From positions 9,358,587 to 9,422,586 of the forward strand of contig CM120648.1 in the NCBI GenBank assembly GCA_051362555.1: a stretch of 64,000 nt of DNA, given 5' to 3'. Below, piece by piece: positions 40,201 to 53,934 of the stretch; within the stretch, counting starts at the first letter, position 1; each line of letters opens with the position of its first letter. A program made the translations under genes and the position numbers. The DNA is from Lingula anatina (taxonomy: Eukaryota > Animalia > Brachiopoda). The notes under the pieces are model-generated. The model saw only the letters and a program-made list of their open reading frames with translations, was not told where the DNA came from and did no database searches.

Positions 40201-43200
40201 AGAAAAAAATCCGGAATTCTGTAGAAAAGCTTATGTCCAACTGATCCAAAGGTGAATATGCATTTGGATATACACAGTTAGAAGGAATGAATAATTAGAA
40301 TTTATTGGTATTGAAAAAGTAATCACAACCTACTTTAAGGACTAATTTGCACAAACAAAATGCCTCCTTCTCCTGTACAACTGAGGCTCCATGTACTCAC
40401 ATAGCTACATGTCTAGGTCTTTGCGGATAACCACAAGTACATATCAATAGCTACATAGCCAGTGCAAACATCCTTGAAGGCTTATTGGCTGAAATACTCT
40501 TTTTTGGACATGACTGCAATATAACAAACATTACGTGGTCGTTTTTTTTCTTTCTTTGCAATACGAGAGGAACGAAACAATTGCATTGCTTTGCATGAAG
40601 CTTTTAGTGCTAACAAGTATTGGATTTTGCCAAGCGTTTTATAGATGATGTTCATAAATTAGACAAATTTGTACAGAAAAAAAAAATGAATGTGTTAATA
40701 CTAACGAATTGGTGCACATACTAGTGAATTGGTGCATCATAATGGCAGCACTTAGTTTTTTTGATCACGATTCTATGACTCAGTACTAAATTCTAAAATG
40801 ATTCAACAACCTTCCTAAAATTTTTTTTTTCACTTTTGTGAATCGACTAGCCCAAAGGTTACCTGAGTATATAGCTACCGCATGCACATACCCTCTACCA
40901 GAGCCACAAATTTTTTTTTCACTATATATATTCACAGATATGTCTCTAGTTAAATGATGGGACTTTTTTGCATGTTAGAGAAAAGTGCCCATAATAATAA
41001 TAATCTACGGCCCTGGTTAAGGGTACAGCACGCACAAAAGTGGCTTACGTGTGGCACGAAACTGCACCCATAGACCTTTTGGTTGTTCTAAAGGCTATTG
41101 TTGTTTTTGTGTTTTTTTATCCTCGTTGACCCTATAGCCTCATGCACATCTGATTTCAGAGATATCCCCCTACTAATGATAGTGTTGTCGAAACTAGAGG
41201 ACATTATTATAACTGCCTTTCACATGAGGTAAGAAACATCCTCAAAACATTGATTATTTAGACACCCAAGTCTTAATGGTTTCCAAGCAGGGAATATGAG
41301 CTGTGTCTAAGAGATTAAGAATTCTCCAGCTTCCTTCATTGCACAGTATTTACAGAGCATTCTTTCCCTCGTAATGGAGCATAGGATGAATTCTGGATGA
41401 TCTTTATTTGCTAAGATTTGTAAAATTGATGGAGCAAGGGATGAATTACTTGCTATAATTAATGAAATAAGCCCTCCTGTATCCACCTAGCCTATCAAGT
41501 TTTCGTAGTAAATCTTTTCCACAGAATCGACCTTTAATCGAGACAATGACTCAAGTGCACACGAACCAGCTGGGGCTCAACGGCAAGCACTTTTATGGAC
41601 CCCATTTCCATAAATATTTCAGAGCATTTCCCTTTTCTGTTAAAACAAAGCCAGTTACGAGTTTAGGGTCTTTTAGGTAGCAGTTTCCTCGAGCAAATGT
41701 TGTCATGACAATTTTACTGAACATGACCCATGCAGTCTACTACATTATCTGTAGGTCCATTATTTGTTTAACGCTGTAGGGCTTATATTACAAGGTTGAG
41801 ATAATCTTACAGACTATCCAATTTTAGCAGTCTAACCTAACAGCGGCCAAAACACACAGAGCCCAGACTCAATAATTTATGGAGTTTAAGTTCAAAATCC
41901 TTGGGTGTGATTAGGAAGGTGGGAAGGTGGGAAGGGGGGGGGGCTGGACGGGATTTTTTTAAAAATTGTATGTTTAAATTATTGGAAAATAAAAGAATTA
42001 TGTCCATCTTCAAACAGTTGTAATATTTTGGACAGTGGTCTGAGCTCAAAAGAGTTTTCCATGAAACGACCACCCCGCCTACTACCAAGTCTCAATAATT
42101 CATGAGGCGGATCTAATCTAGTAAGCAAAAAAATATGGAGTCATTACATCATGAGTCTGTAGACAAATCTTTTATGTTCATATCAAGTAGACTTTGCAGT
42201 AGCAAAGCTTCCTTTCATTCCCTGAGCAACAGAATAAAATCAATGCCCATCTCAAAGCTACATGAAATCAATATATCTAAGTGAAAGAGTAAATAGCATG
42301 GTTACATCACAGCTCCTTCATGCATACGATATATAGATACATATACAACTGAAATATAGATACACAACCGTCTGTTTATGAGTGTTTACATGGATTTGCG
42401 AGAACAATGTTGGGGAAAAAAGGTCTAAGAGTATGAATGCACTTTGCTGTAAAGGTTTCCACAAGGTTTAAATACAACGTGTGTGCGTGTGTGCTTGCAT
42501 GTACAGGAGTGTTGGCGACAAAAGTTGGTCGCGTGTATGTGATTGCTTATTAATATTAGAAGGGGTAGGAGGCGAAATTGCTAACGCACGCTTGCTCATG
42601 CACTTGCACGTGAAATTCCCTGATCAATACCAAACTAGTGCGCTGAAAGAAAAAAGTAACATACACACAATAACAAACATAATGCTATTACATTCGTGAT
42701 CTTCTCAGATATATCCTAGTGGGTGTCGAATTGCTAAAAAAAATTCAGCCAGTAGTTTTCATTTTTCTTGTAGTCTCAAGGAAGCATCTTGCAATGTCTG
42801 GTTAACAGAAATAGCTAAAATGCCACTGAGCAGCCTGCTAACCACAATGAGGCCGACCTTTCTGCTCCGACAACCATTGGCAGTCTCTATAATTATCTGC
42901 CACTCTCTCTGCCGCGCCAATATCAGCAACCAGATCTGAAACCACTTCAGTGCAGACACCTTAATTCCAGGTGTTATAATAATGCATAATTCAGAAGTCC
43001 CGCCATGAAATGTAAAAGACCCCCCATGAATATGCTCATTTGTTCATCCTATCTGGCTCTTACACAAACCACAAAATGGCTGAAGCACTTGAGTGGTCTG
43101 AAAAATATTTGGATGTCAAACCACGATGTGAAATAACTGACACACTGCTGCTTAATCTCTTGAGAGAAAAAATTGTTAAGAAACTGTTCAGAATAAGTTA

Positions 43201-46200
43201 TGAGGACCTAGCTAATGCGGATTTACTCCATGGGACTCCTGCTGAATGCAGTCAGATTAACAGACATTATAAATTGGCATAAAAAGACTACACATTATAC
43301 TGTTTGAATTATTCTGAACCAACTTAAGTAGTATCCCTTTTTAAAAATGCAAGTACTACATCAGATATTTATTTCACATTCCTACACAATGCGACTATTC
43401 ATGCAAACCACAAACACGTTATCAACTAATCATAATGTCTCAATGTTGTCCTCAGTCGACCTCTGATATTTCGGTGCAACACACGGTCACCTGTTACTGG
43501 TAACTCAAAGTTCAACATTTTACCTTTATGCATACTAAACGAAATGTGAATTTTGTTAAAAGGTGTTCATCTGGACAAATATAAAAAACAAAAAGCTGAA
43601 GGTATTTTTCAGTCACTTTGACAAAGATATGTAAAGAATTGTAATCTATTGTTTGTGCTTTATCAAGAAAAATATCCACCATGAAATCCGCTTATGTCAC
43701 CAATCTTTATTGAAATTATTCAGTCCAACTAGTAGTCATTTTTTCTATCAATTAACCTTCCAAGTCACCCCACTACAAATCCTACCCACGATGAGATTAT
43801 CTGGGCAATAAGCTTTACTAAGAAACGTGCAAATTTAATTGCAATTATAAAGCATCATATCAACAGAATGGCTCGCATGTAACAGTTACTAATCTTTATA
43901 CAATAATAATTTCACGAAACTGTATTCAAACAGGGAATAACAGGATGCAGGTTATGAACATAATGACTCGAGCAATTAGTTTCTTCTTCCTTTTTTTAAA
44001 AGTTACAATAAACAACTTTCAGTGTTTTTATCTATTTTAATGACTATGTAAGATGCCCCTCCTAAATATGCATCCCCCCCCCCCCCCAAACAAAAAATAA
44101 TAACAATAACAGTAAAATAAGCATAAATGGCAGACGAGGTGAAAGATAGTGGGACAGTAAAAGCTATTAAGGGCAGACACTCCTGTTGAGCACTTTGCTA
44201 TCATTCCAGGTCATCAGTAGACAAAGCTGCACAGGCGTCCCCACCTGTCTGTGGTTAACTTGCAGATGGCTGTCTTTAAGATGCCATACGCCATCTCCTA
44301 CCTCCCTTTACAAACAAATTAACTGTCTACATTCCTCTCTTCCTCCCTCGCTCTCCCTTCTATCCTCTTGGTTGTCTGCAAATCTTCCTCCCCTCCCCCC
44401 TCTTTCTTTCTTAGGTTATTCGATTCAGCTCATTTCAGTAGCATTAGAACTAGCATAGACAGCCCACAACATGAGAAGCTGCATAAATTATGATTATTTC
44501 AGAAAAACATTTTATAGGTCATCTACTCAGAACATAACTGTCTCTAATATTGACAGAACATTTAAGCCAACCTAACCACTCAAGTTTTTCTTCCAAAGGG
44601 GTATTTAGAATGGTAACAAACTAAAATGACATTACCAGAGGAAAAACTATTGGCATGATCTTTTTTGTTTGTTTTGCTTTGTTCAAAATCCTAAAGAACC
44701 AGTAAACTCCCTATGCATGCTAGCAGTTTGGTAATCTCATAAAAACTGTTTGGCTTAAAATAGTCTTGCTCCGCTCTTAACTTTAAACTGGTTTTGTGGC
44801 AGATGACAGTAAAATAGCCCTTTGAAAATTGGCCCAGTGCCTTCAGTGAACAAGTGTTAATTTGTGTCGAGAAAGACTAGCCGAAAGATATGTTATTAGC
44901 ATTGCAGTTACTGATCATGTTATTTATCGCTTTGAGTTCTGAGGCATCTGCTATCAGTGTTGTCCTTCAAGGTATGGACCCAGGCAATAAAATTACTTTC
45001 AACTGGTTCAGAAAAATGGATGTAGGAATATCAGGAATTTGCTGAATAAGTGGATGTGAGGAAGGGATGAAAGTCATATTTTTTTAAAATTGATTTTATC
45101 TGAAAATTCTCGATGACAAATATATATTACAAATAACATTTTTTTCAGTTATCAAAACACATGATGGAAATGGGGGGGGGGGGGGGCACTGCCCTCTTAG
45201 CGTAAAAAGGCGTGCCATTAATCAAACTAAAATCTTAACTTAATGCCATTTTTAAAGACCAGTAAATTAAAGAGAGTTAAAATGCCCATGTTTTCCGAAG
45301 AAATAATTTCCCAACTTTGAACTTGCTTGCTACAGGTCTAGCAATACTTTTTGTGCCATTTCAAGACTTCAGCCTTGAGATTACTATCATTGACCCATAA
45401 CATAACAGACAGGCTTACACACATAAATCACCCCCTGGTGTAGTTTTACTAATGAAATGAAATGCTGGGGTAGCACTAGCAATTTTTTTCGCTTACCCAA
45501 ATCACCACATTTTTGTCAATTTGTTATCAAAATGGTTATAATTTGGCTAAAACATGTCAAATCAAGACCTTTTTCTTTAGCCAATTTAAGTCAGTTTTAG
45601 CATTTGGCTAAACTGGTGGGTGTTAGAGCTACCCCAGAAATGATATACTTTCTGTGCTTTCCTTGGCAGCACACCACTGATTAGAAGACCAGAAAACCAT
45701 AAACAAAGGAAACACAACATTTATAATAACACAGTGATCATAATGACAAAAACACGGAATGAAACGGAATATGGTGCCATTAGGCCTTTATAGTATAGAC
45801 ACTTACCTCTTTTCTCTTGAGGCTTGTATTGAATCGATCTTTCATTCTCTCCAGGATACTCTGTAGCTTGTCCTTGCACTCTTGGTCCTTGGACAACAAC
45901 AGATAGGATCTCCAGTTGGCAGAATCGAACCCCCAGTGACAGGTCCTATTCTCCAGGGCTTTGTGCGAGTGCCCCACGAATGTCATTACGCTGAACAGTC
46001 CGTGACAGTCGCAGCACTCGATGCAAGGGGAATCCGGCGAGGTGTACATCTCGGGGTTGAAAATCCCCTTGCACTTCCCGAAACATTCGTGGTACACCTT
46101 AAAGCTGTTGGGGGAGGGCGGCTCGCCTGTGCGCTCTGGTGAACGGTGCAGGAGAGCGTTACAGAGCCTCTCCGCGTCCGTTTTTGTGATCAGTCCGCAA

Positions 46201-46718
46201 CTTGGTGCGGGAAAGGGGAGGATCCCTCCCATTTTCAGGCTCTGCAGCTGCTCCAGGCTGCAGCGCGAACAGTAAATATGCAGCTCATCGCAGACGCTGT
46301 TGATCTGCTGAAGGCTGAAGTCCCGAAGGACTGTGTTTAGGATTTGCGGTAAACAGAGTCGTTTCTCTCCACCTACAACGAAACAAGCAATGGTCTCCCC
46401 TTCCAACACCGTATCCGATCGCTCGCCCTTGGCAACGTCTATGGGGGTGAATACGGGCATGGATTGAACAGGAAAGGGTGGGGAAGCGTACACAGAGTCA
46501 TACTCACATTTCACTAGTGTACGCTCCTGTTTTAAGGCTTCCGTGACCGCCTTTCTGTACTTCTCCAGTTCGACGTGATCCGCGCTTGTCAGTTTCGCTG
46601 GATTCCACGCGGCCGTGTATCCGCTCGGGCCGCTCAAACTGCGTATCGCTGCGTCCTGATAACATTTCAGTACTCTCTTAAGGTGTGGATTGTACGACTC
46701 CGGGACAATCGCATCCAT
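18232..46718 (-). CDS. SKI: Ski/SnoN (SKI/SKIL) family TGF-beta/BMP Smad co-repressor, complete CDS, 7 coding exons, 698 aa
   Basis: Exons in transcription order 46718-45807, 24893-24688, 23288-23196, 22709-22558, 22117-21906, 20399-20199, 18552-18232 (2097 nt, GT-AG, phases 0,2,2,1,0,0). R-Smad-binding N-terminus [19 protein letters not shown]; DHD domain [24 protein letters not shown]; SAND-like Smad4-binding domain HECFGKC...[13 protein letters not shown]; SAFRPWSP; APNVSL; coiled coil [15 protein letters not shown]. Confidence 0.95.
18869..18915. repeat. (AAT)n microsatellite
   Basis: Seen directly. Confidence 0.9.
21498..21711 (+). mobile_element. PIF/Harbinger (Tourist-like) MITE, family B copy 1, TSD TTA
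   Basis: TTA|GGGCGTATTCCCAGACATTTAGATCGATC...GATCGATCTAATCTCTGGGAATGGGGTC|TTA; ~92% identical by eye to the reverse complement of 25035-25243. Confidence 0.85.
25035..25243 (-). mobile_element. PIF/Harbinger (Tourist-like) MITE, family B copy 2, TSD TAT, inverted relative to copy 1
   Basis: TAT|GACCCCATTCCCAGAGATTAGATCGATC...GATCGATCTTAAATCTATGGGAATGCGCCC|TAT. Confidence 0.85.
27652..27829. mobile_element. hAT-like MITE with a 5-bp TSD (hAT5-type)
   Basis: CTTCT|CAGGGCTTGACA...TGTCAAGCACTG|CTTCT. Confidence 0.75.
32200..32361. repeat. Two-copy ~78-bp tandem duplication
   Basis: AAAACACTCTGTTGT..TATGA.GTAT.GG.TGTCT..AACAAAAACTCATT..GACTTTCTT.CCTGA repeated. Confidence 0.8.
33194..33394. mobile_element. 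Palindromic MITE-like element with a perfect 34-bp tandem duplication of its left end
   Basis: GTATTAGCTGGGTTTGTCCAACTCTGTGGAATCA twice (33194, 33228); AATCAGTGGAATCAGCTTAATT pairs with AATTGAGCTGATTCCACTGATT; right end ACAAAGTTGGATCGACTCAGCTA. Confidence 0.6.
33773..33946. mobile_element. Non-autonomous DNA transposon with an 8-bp TSD and ~16-bp subterminal repeats
   Basis: TTATTTAT|GGGGCCGT..CGATAGTCCGAAGGTTC ... GAACCTTCGGACTATCG..ACGCCCCC|TTATTTAT; GTCCGAAGGTTCA repeats on the left, inverted copies on the right. Confidence 0.85.
34302..34477 (+). mobile_element. MITE family C copy 1, 5-bp TSD CCAAT
   Basis: CCAAT|CTTGGGTAGCGC...GCGCTACCCCAG|CCAAT; diverged homologue at 45465-45637. Confidence 0.75.
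37162..37214. repeat. (GA)n microsatellite
   Basis: Seen directly. Confidence 0.9.
40891..41023. mobile_element. TA-flanked MITE, family A copy 2
   Basis: TA|CCCTCTACCAGAGCC...GGCCCTGGTTAAGGG|TA; internally similar to 12692-12825. Confidence 0.7.
45465..45637 (+). mobile_element. MITE family C copy 2, 5-bp TSD AAATG
   Basis: AAATG|CTGGGGTAGC...GCTACCCCAG|AAATG; shares AGTCAGTTTTAGCATT and CTAAAACA-GTCAAA with copy 1. Confidence 0.78.
45807..46718 (-). CDS. SKI: Ski coding exon 1 (DHD/Ski-Sno domain + Smad4-binding SAND-like domain)
   Basis: 304 codons from ATG to the donor GAG|GTAAGT; includes the D-box-like RLCLPQILN and the Cys/His zinc ligands. Confidence 0.97.
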
Positions 46719-47149
46719 ACTTTTGCTTAAAACGCTCTAGATTTGCGGTAAACTCTCTCGCTCCTTTCTCGCATGTGTCTGTATACGTCAATGGCTTCCG
46801 TAAGGCTAAAGCTCTCGTCTCGTCATGAGCTAATTTGCATAGGTATGGCTGTTCCGGCTGGGCGTCACAACCCCCCGCAAACTGTCTGTGGTTTTCTTTT
46901 GCATTATTATTATGTTACATGTGGTAGATATATTCACTTTTGTAATGCTAGAACATTTTTCAAACTATTAAGATATAGTTACACGATACTTATGGCGGAT
47001 GAACGTAACAGCTAGGGTGTTTATTTACATGCTATTCAGACACCCTCCCTCCGTATCCCTAGAACAATATTACTAGGGCATTGCGCATAATTTTCACCTA
47101 TTTTCCATGTGGGTCATATGTACAAGCAAAAAGACACATCCCTGATTTG

Positions 47150-47300
47150 GTGCAGTTGTTTCGCTTTTCAGGGACGGCAACCTTTCCGGTGATTCGCGCG
47201 TTTTTGATGATATTGTTTTGTCTAGACGGTCATCCAAGTGAGACTAGACGGTAATTACCACTGACCTAGCTGACGTCAGCGATGACGTTTCGGCTGGTGG
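47150..47300 (-). promoter_or_regulatory. Putative Ski promoter-proximal region with a palindromic Smad element and a CRE
   Basis: GTCTAGAC at 47220-47227; more AGAC boxes at 47241-47249; GCTGACGTCAGC (CRE palindrome) at 47269-47280 plus a half-CRE; CpG-rich; ~0.5 kb upstream of the ATG. TSS not determined. Confidence 0.5.
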
Positions 47301-47802
47301 ACTCGGTATAAACATTCAGTGGTATTGATTTCTGGCCAACAGATTTCCATTGACCTAGTTCTCGTTTGTTATATAATATTTCCATTCGCCAAAGCTGAAA
47401 AGCGGTATCAATATCTGAAATATAACACCGCCAGTACACGAGGGGAAACGGAGCGTGAATCGTAAACAACGAATCATGGAAATACGTTTCTAACTACAAC
47501 CTGTCTTGGATAATTATGTAAAAACCTGCAACAGCCAGACGGAGCGGTTTGAATGTAAACCGTCTTGTTTTCGCTTTTGTGTTCCTCACGTGATTGAAAT
47601 ATAGCTTGTTGATTACATTTAATCTGGTTAAAAAGAGGTCATTAAAATACGTTTGAAATGGTTAAAGACTCGACCGTGTTTTGTCTGCGCAATTATAAGC
47701 GGTAGATCAGTAGATGGTATCAATGGTCATTTCCATCCTTAACGACCTCATCAGCTGTTTTGATACGTTCAACCCGCTTCGTTCTCGCCCGAATGCTTTT
47801 GC

Positions 47803-47834
<32 letters not shown>

Positions 47835-48003
47835 AAAAATTATAAAATTCACGATAGAAAAAGAAAAAAGTTGCCGTGGTTAGATATTTGTATTCAATTA
47901 AATATTTGAATGATATGAATTCAAAGCAAATTTTTTTATGGCGCCATCATTTTATTCGATAAGTATCTAATATCCTACGCCTTTATCGTAGTTTTCACCA
48001 CTT

Positions 48004-48046
<43 letters not shown>

Positions 48047-48365
48047 TAACAATATATATATATATGAGCTTCCGTATTAAAATACTCTGTTTTCCTGGTC
48101 AATGCACTGTATTGTTGTTCAAGGTTTCCGAGCTACAAGGTCCCCAGTTATAATGTTAGGTGCAAACAATACAGGGACATCTTGAGGAACAATGGAGTGC
48201 ACTTATCAACCAGACAATCTGAGGTGCGCATAGATGACTGTTCAGTCATTCAGAAGACACATCCTAATTAAGGAGATGAATATCTCCTTGCTTGATATAA
48301 AGAGAGCCCGTCCGGGAACAACGAGTTAATTGTTGACGACGTAGCTGCTTCCCCTCACTTAGTTA

Positions 48366-48406
<41 letters not shown>

Positions 48407-51400
48407 CCCCACTGTTCCTCCTCCGTCCCTCCTCACCATTTTTTCTGTCATAAATTTTGCATGACACAAATTTATGTAGGTAAATGCTTCTTCCAACATA
48501 AGTTTGAAAAACTATGCTGAAGATAACCATATTTACTAATAACCAAGTAATGGTAGATGATAGCGAAAACATATGCACATGATCACAAACAATAGTTATC
48601 ACATACGGACATTTCCTTGGTTTAAATATCAGGTTTTGATTGCGATAGTGGCGCAATCAGACATAGGCCTGATTGTGCTCCGTCTTTGGTCGCACCTGAT
48701 GCAATATTTGCGGCAGGAGGTTTTGGCTGTAGATGAATCAGGCTTTCACTTTTAATCAAAAACGACCCACTCTGATCATCTAAGGGTAGAAAAAAATTTA
48801 CATAAACGGACTAAATTTTAAACCTTCGTTACTGGCTCTCGCAGTACCATACCACAATCTTCGATTGATCTAGTATATTTTAAGAAAAATAGGAAATATG
48901 CAACTTGCCAGGAAGCGAGGATGGTGTCCAACGTCTAAGTAAGTGTTTTGAATGTTTATTTCATATGAATCAATAGGTAGCTTGCGGTTACTTTCATGGT
49001 GTCATCGGATTTTAAAAAATTGGATAACCTTCGGGGGCGCACGGCGTTTAGCTTAGAAACTCTATTTAGAGGGTGCCTTCGTTAGATCGTTCTCGTTATA
49101 TAAGAAAACGGGGCATAAGAAAATAAGGTAATAGTCAGGGATTTGAGTCTATAAGTTAAGGATCTAATGGGGCCGTTTCATTTTGCAAATATAAACCGCA
49201 ATAAACAGTTTCATTTATGTCAAGAGGGTACAATGAGAGACCTGATTAGATAAGAGATAAGAGAAAGATTTATGAAGCGGTATTACTTCTAATAATAGGG
49301 CTTGTTGCACAATATCAGTTATCAATTACTGTTATCGTTCATTGTGAACGGAGATGTGAATCTTACATTATACTAAACTGATTTTAAAAAGTTGGTTTCA
49401 AAAAGGATATGATCACGGAGAAAAAAAGTGTAAACCACTATGAGAAGTGCGGAGGTGGGTAAAGAGGGGTGGGGGTGGGGTTCAGTTCAATTGCACTATG
49501 CAATGTCAAAAGTGAAAGCAAACCATTTAGGACTCAATAAATCGACATTTTTTTCTTACTATACATTATAATACCAACGTTAAGTAAAAGAAAATTAAGA
49601 GTCCTCCCATTAGCAAAATCCTGTATCCGACAGTTTGAAGGTAGCCGATTGTTGCCTACAATTAGACTTTTTAAAAATCCCTTTTTAGAATCCACACTTT
49701 AATTGGAATAGATATCCACAAACCCACACTCTTAAATTACGAAAGAAACGGACATTTATATATAATATATAATAACTCGTGAATTAGGCAACGTAAGTTT
49801 TAATAATAAGTTATTTTATTATTCCTTGAAACGGAAATATGACACAAAATTAATGACTATATTTACAATGAGATAAACAATATACCGCCAAAATGATGAA
49901 AGTTAAATGTTCTATCAAATTCATTACACAATATTTTCTATCTTAACTATACCGTTTCTATATACAGCATTCCGTTAAACAATTTCTGAAGCGGCCTTTT
50001 TAGAGAATAGCAGAGTAACTTAGTTACTACTTGATCAATTTTTACAAGAAAAGTGCTGTTGGATTTTACTTCTTACCGAAAGAGTGAGGCAATGGATAAT
50101 CCCACGACTTTATTTATGAATGACGTGTAAGCATAACTCTAGAGCATCTAGGTCGTGAGAACAGGTTCACCTTAAAGAAACTGCATTCGGAATTTCCATT
50201 TTCGCGCAGTTAAAGCCTCTAGTTATCTGTTGGGATATCCTGTATAATAGCTGTATTGATGTCCATTACGCATTATATACCCTTAAATATGAAAATAACT
50301 ACACCCTGCTTATAGCTGCGTACATTACGCAACGTGAAAAGGCAAGGTATACTTGTAACTACCTACTAAGCTAAGGCCAGGTATAAACGGGTATAAAGCA
50401 CATGTATATTTGATTTTGGAACTCGAATTGGTGATGACTGGAAAGTAGAGACACTAGAAATTTGTTTGTTTAAGGCAGATTTTTTGTATTAATTGTGTAT
50501 GAGACCAAATTCCGCTTGCGGCCTATTTAAGGATTGTATCCAGTGGTGTTAACAGAACTAATAACCTAGCACTAAACAATGAGCAAACTTACCGACTATA
50601 GAAAAACATAAAAAAAAAAAAAAAAAAAAAGAAGAAAATGAACGGTAAGCCTTTAACATACTAGGTGCAGCTAATTTTAATCTCCCCCCCCCTCTCTCTC
50701 TCTTTGACACTTTATCTGGAAAAGGACGACCTAACAGCCCTCTACGGATGTGTTTTCTTTGAGCAATTATCGTGAAATCCCTAAAAACGTGGGAACAATG
50801 ATAACTTGATTCATGACTATTAAAAGCTCCCTGTTCAAACGGTGCATTAAACTGTAAAGCTACGAAGAATACTAACGGACAAGCTAATTTATTGGCAATG
50901 GATCGATAGGGCACCGTATAATTTAAATAAATTCGTTACATCCTTTCTTGAAAAAAACTCGTGCAAATAAGTATGTGGAGTTAACTATACATTTCCAAAT
51001 AGCATTTATCTTGTGTTTAGTATAAAGTTATAAATAAACAAACAAGCAAACGAATTTCAATAAGTTAAATCGTTATTGTAGCACAACTTTTTTACGGCAA
51101 AAACTTAACTGCCATCAAAGCTGCAACATGCTGACAATGTTTTTGGTACCTCTCTAAATTATCAAATGACATAATAAATAATAGTGTTTAATACACATTT
51201 GAAGAGATGTTTTTCCTGAAACTCTCTTCTTAAAGTTACCAAAAAAAAAATCAAAAACTTGTTGCTAATCAGGAATGTATATGGCTGCACCCAAAATACC
51301 GCCATTGTATTATTAATCGGTCGCTGAATCGTTTGATACACCTAGGCCTATCAAAAATACCCGAAGAAGGCCGAATGTATAGAACGAACGAAAGTCAACT

Positions 51401-51502
51401 TTGTATGCCACGTGCGTTAGCATTGCGTTAGGTGAGAACAGGCACAATTGTGTTGGCGGAGACATGTTGGTATTGCGTTGGCTGAAAGTCAACAGTTTCG
51501 CC

Positions 51503-53387
51503 TCAGTTTTCACTGTCGTTTTGATGGCAATGTAAGCAATGCCTGCACTGGTCACATTGGCCGCACAGTTTGGCTATAAAGGCCCGGAGATTGAGCGCCG
51601 GGCCAAGCTTCATTCCCAGAGAACTGGTTAACAGGTCCACACTCAGTAGACGCAGACTCTGACCATCGATGCGTTGCTCCCGGAAAGTCTGAAATGAGAG
51701 GAGAAAATTATGAGTCACTATGTTCAGAATTTACTATAATTCACTTCATTATTGTTGTATGTATTGTGAAACATATTTTCTAATGTGAGTAAATCTAGTA
51801 AAAACAAAATGTAAAAATTCTTTCGTCAAAGACGCTACAGTGATAAATTATTTTATATAGGGCCTATCTACAAGTTTTTTAATGAAAGATTTCCATCGCT
51901 GAAATGTAAAATCGGACATGTGTGAGTGAAAGAATTATCAATACAATTTTCCCAACAGAGATTAAGGGTCCCGTGCAATATGAATTATGGTAAAATATTA
52001 ATGTTGGGTTTCAGCTAAATATGTCATCTTTTATGAATGCCGCTTTTCAGGCCTCGTGCAAGGCAAAACATCATACATGAAACGAGCATACAGCTAGAAG
52101 TTGTCGACTTTTGGTAAAGTTGGTCATCAAAATATGAGATTTTACCTCAACGTAATCTGCGCAGTCCGGGAACGTTTTGATAAAGTTAACGACGTCGTCC
52201 GCGCTCCAATACCGCATCTGCTGCACCATACTTTTCTGATCCGCTGTCATCTTCGGGCACTGCGGGCTTTCGTTTAAGTAATCTCGTAATAGCTCTCGCC
52301 CACGTGGTGTCGACGAGATATTGTCATTCAAGTCCACGTGTCGCTCACTTTTTATATTCGGCATGCAATTTGTTTGAAGTCCGTGCGAACCGACGTATAC
52401 AGTATCGAACGCACTAAGTCTTTCTTGGGAACTAGCAAGTCTATTTCTTTTCACCGATAAATCTACTGGAGCGTCTTCGTCTCGAGGCGCAGGGCGTTTG
52501 AGTGTGTCGTATGCGTGTAGCGTGGTCAAGGGCCTCCTCATCTCTAGCAGACGACCTTGGGAATGTAAACCGTTCCTGACGGGGGACTGGTAAACCGCCT
52601 GCAGCAGAGGAGGGGGCGGGGGATAAAATCCGTGTGTCGGGTATCTCCCAATTTCTGGACATTGAGGTAGTCTTGGGATGGTTTCGCCCTCCATCATGGC
52701 CATGTGATCTGGCGTTTGTTTTTGGGAACTGCAAATATGGAAAAAGGGGGGCACTATAGTTTAAGGCGTATAGAAAACATATAATAAGCATGCTACAGTT
52801 TTCGATGTAAGTTAAAATTTCCAAAATGACAGCTACAGTTTCGTTTTTATTTCTACTTCCCTATAGGCCTACATCTTTTTTCCACGAAATCTTAGTTTAC
52901 TTAGGGTTAATCCGTGTAGGTCTACAACTGCGTTATCTTGATCGGTATATTCTTATTAGATTAAAATTTATGAGCACGTATCAATGCGTTTCAAGACACA
53001 CGTAAAGCGTTCACAGGTCACTCAAATTCCAGATAACAAAACAAACCTTTGAAACTTGCTGTGCTGCGCAGCAAGCTGACGAATCAAGTTACTACAATTT
53101 CCGGTCTCCATGGCTCGCGCATGCGCTTCATTTGCTAGCATAACCAATCCGCTTTCTGGACGTTCATTGGGCAAGCTGGAATCCACTTTTGATGGTGATT
53201 GATCTTGAGATCTGGCCGCTGATTCGAGCATCACACAGTTCGGTGCTGACTGCGGTCGCTGTGAATCCGTATTTTCTTCAGAACTCTTGTCAGCCCTGTC
53301 ACGTGACGGTTCGAGATGTCCCGGAGCTGAGGAGTTTTCGAGCATGCGCGCTTTATCTACATCTGACACCACATTGTCGGCTGAACC

Positions 53388-53429
<42 letters not shown>

Positions 53430-53934
53430 CGTTTTACTTTTTAGGATAAATAAACCAAGCTTCAAAAGCGCGTAAAAATGTCCAAATATCTCTTACACAT
53501 GCAAATCCCACGATGTGGGACAAAAGGATTAGGCCTACTCGCCTTTGAAAAAATTAACTCTTTCTTTAAAACGAATTTAATTTTTATTAGAAATTGGCCA
53601 GTTTATCGTCTCGACGTCTGCAAAAATTTGATTGTAAGACAACAGTATTCTAAATTATGATTAGTGATTAGTATGGCAGATTTTGTATTTGATTTTTCTA
53701 TGTTTAGCCTCGCTCGGCTGTAACCTTTATTAGTCTAAAAAAAACATTAAACGATTAAGGATAGCACACTTCAATGTAGTCTACCATAGTGAGAAAAAAA
53801 TCGATCGAAATGTGGTAGAGATATCTACTTATCTTTTCTATAGAAGTGAATAAACCTATGATCAAAAACGTGTTCCCCATGACAGTACAATATATGTCTT
53901 GATGCATATAAGGAGATGAACATTATGGGCCCGC

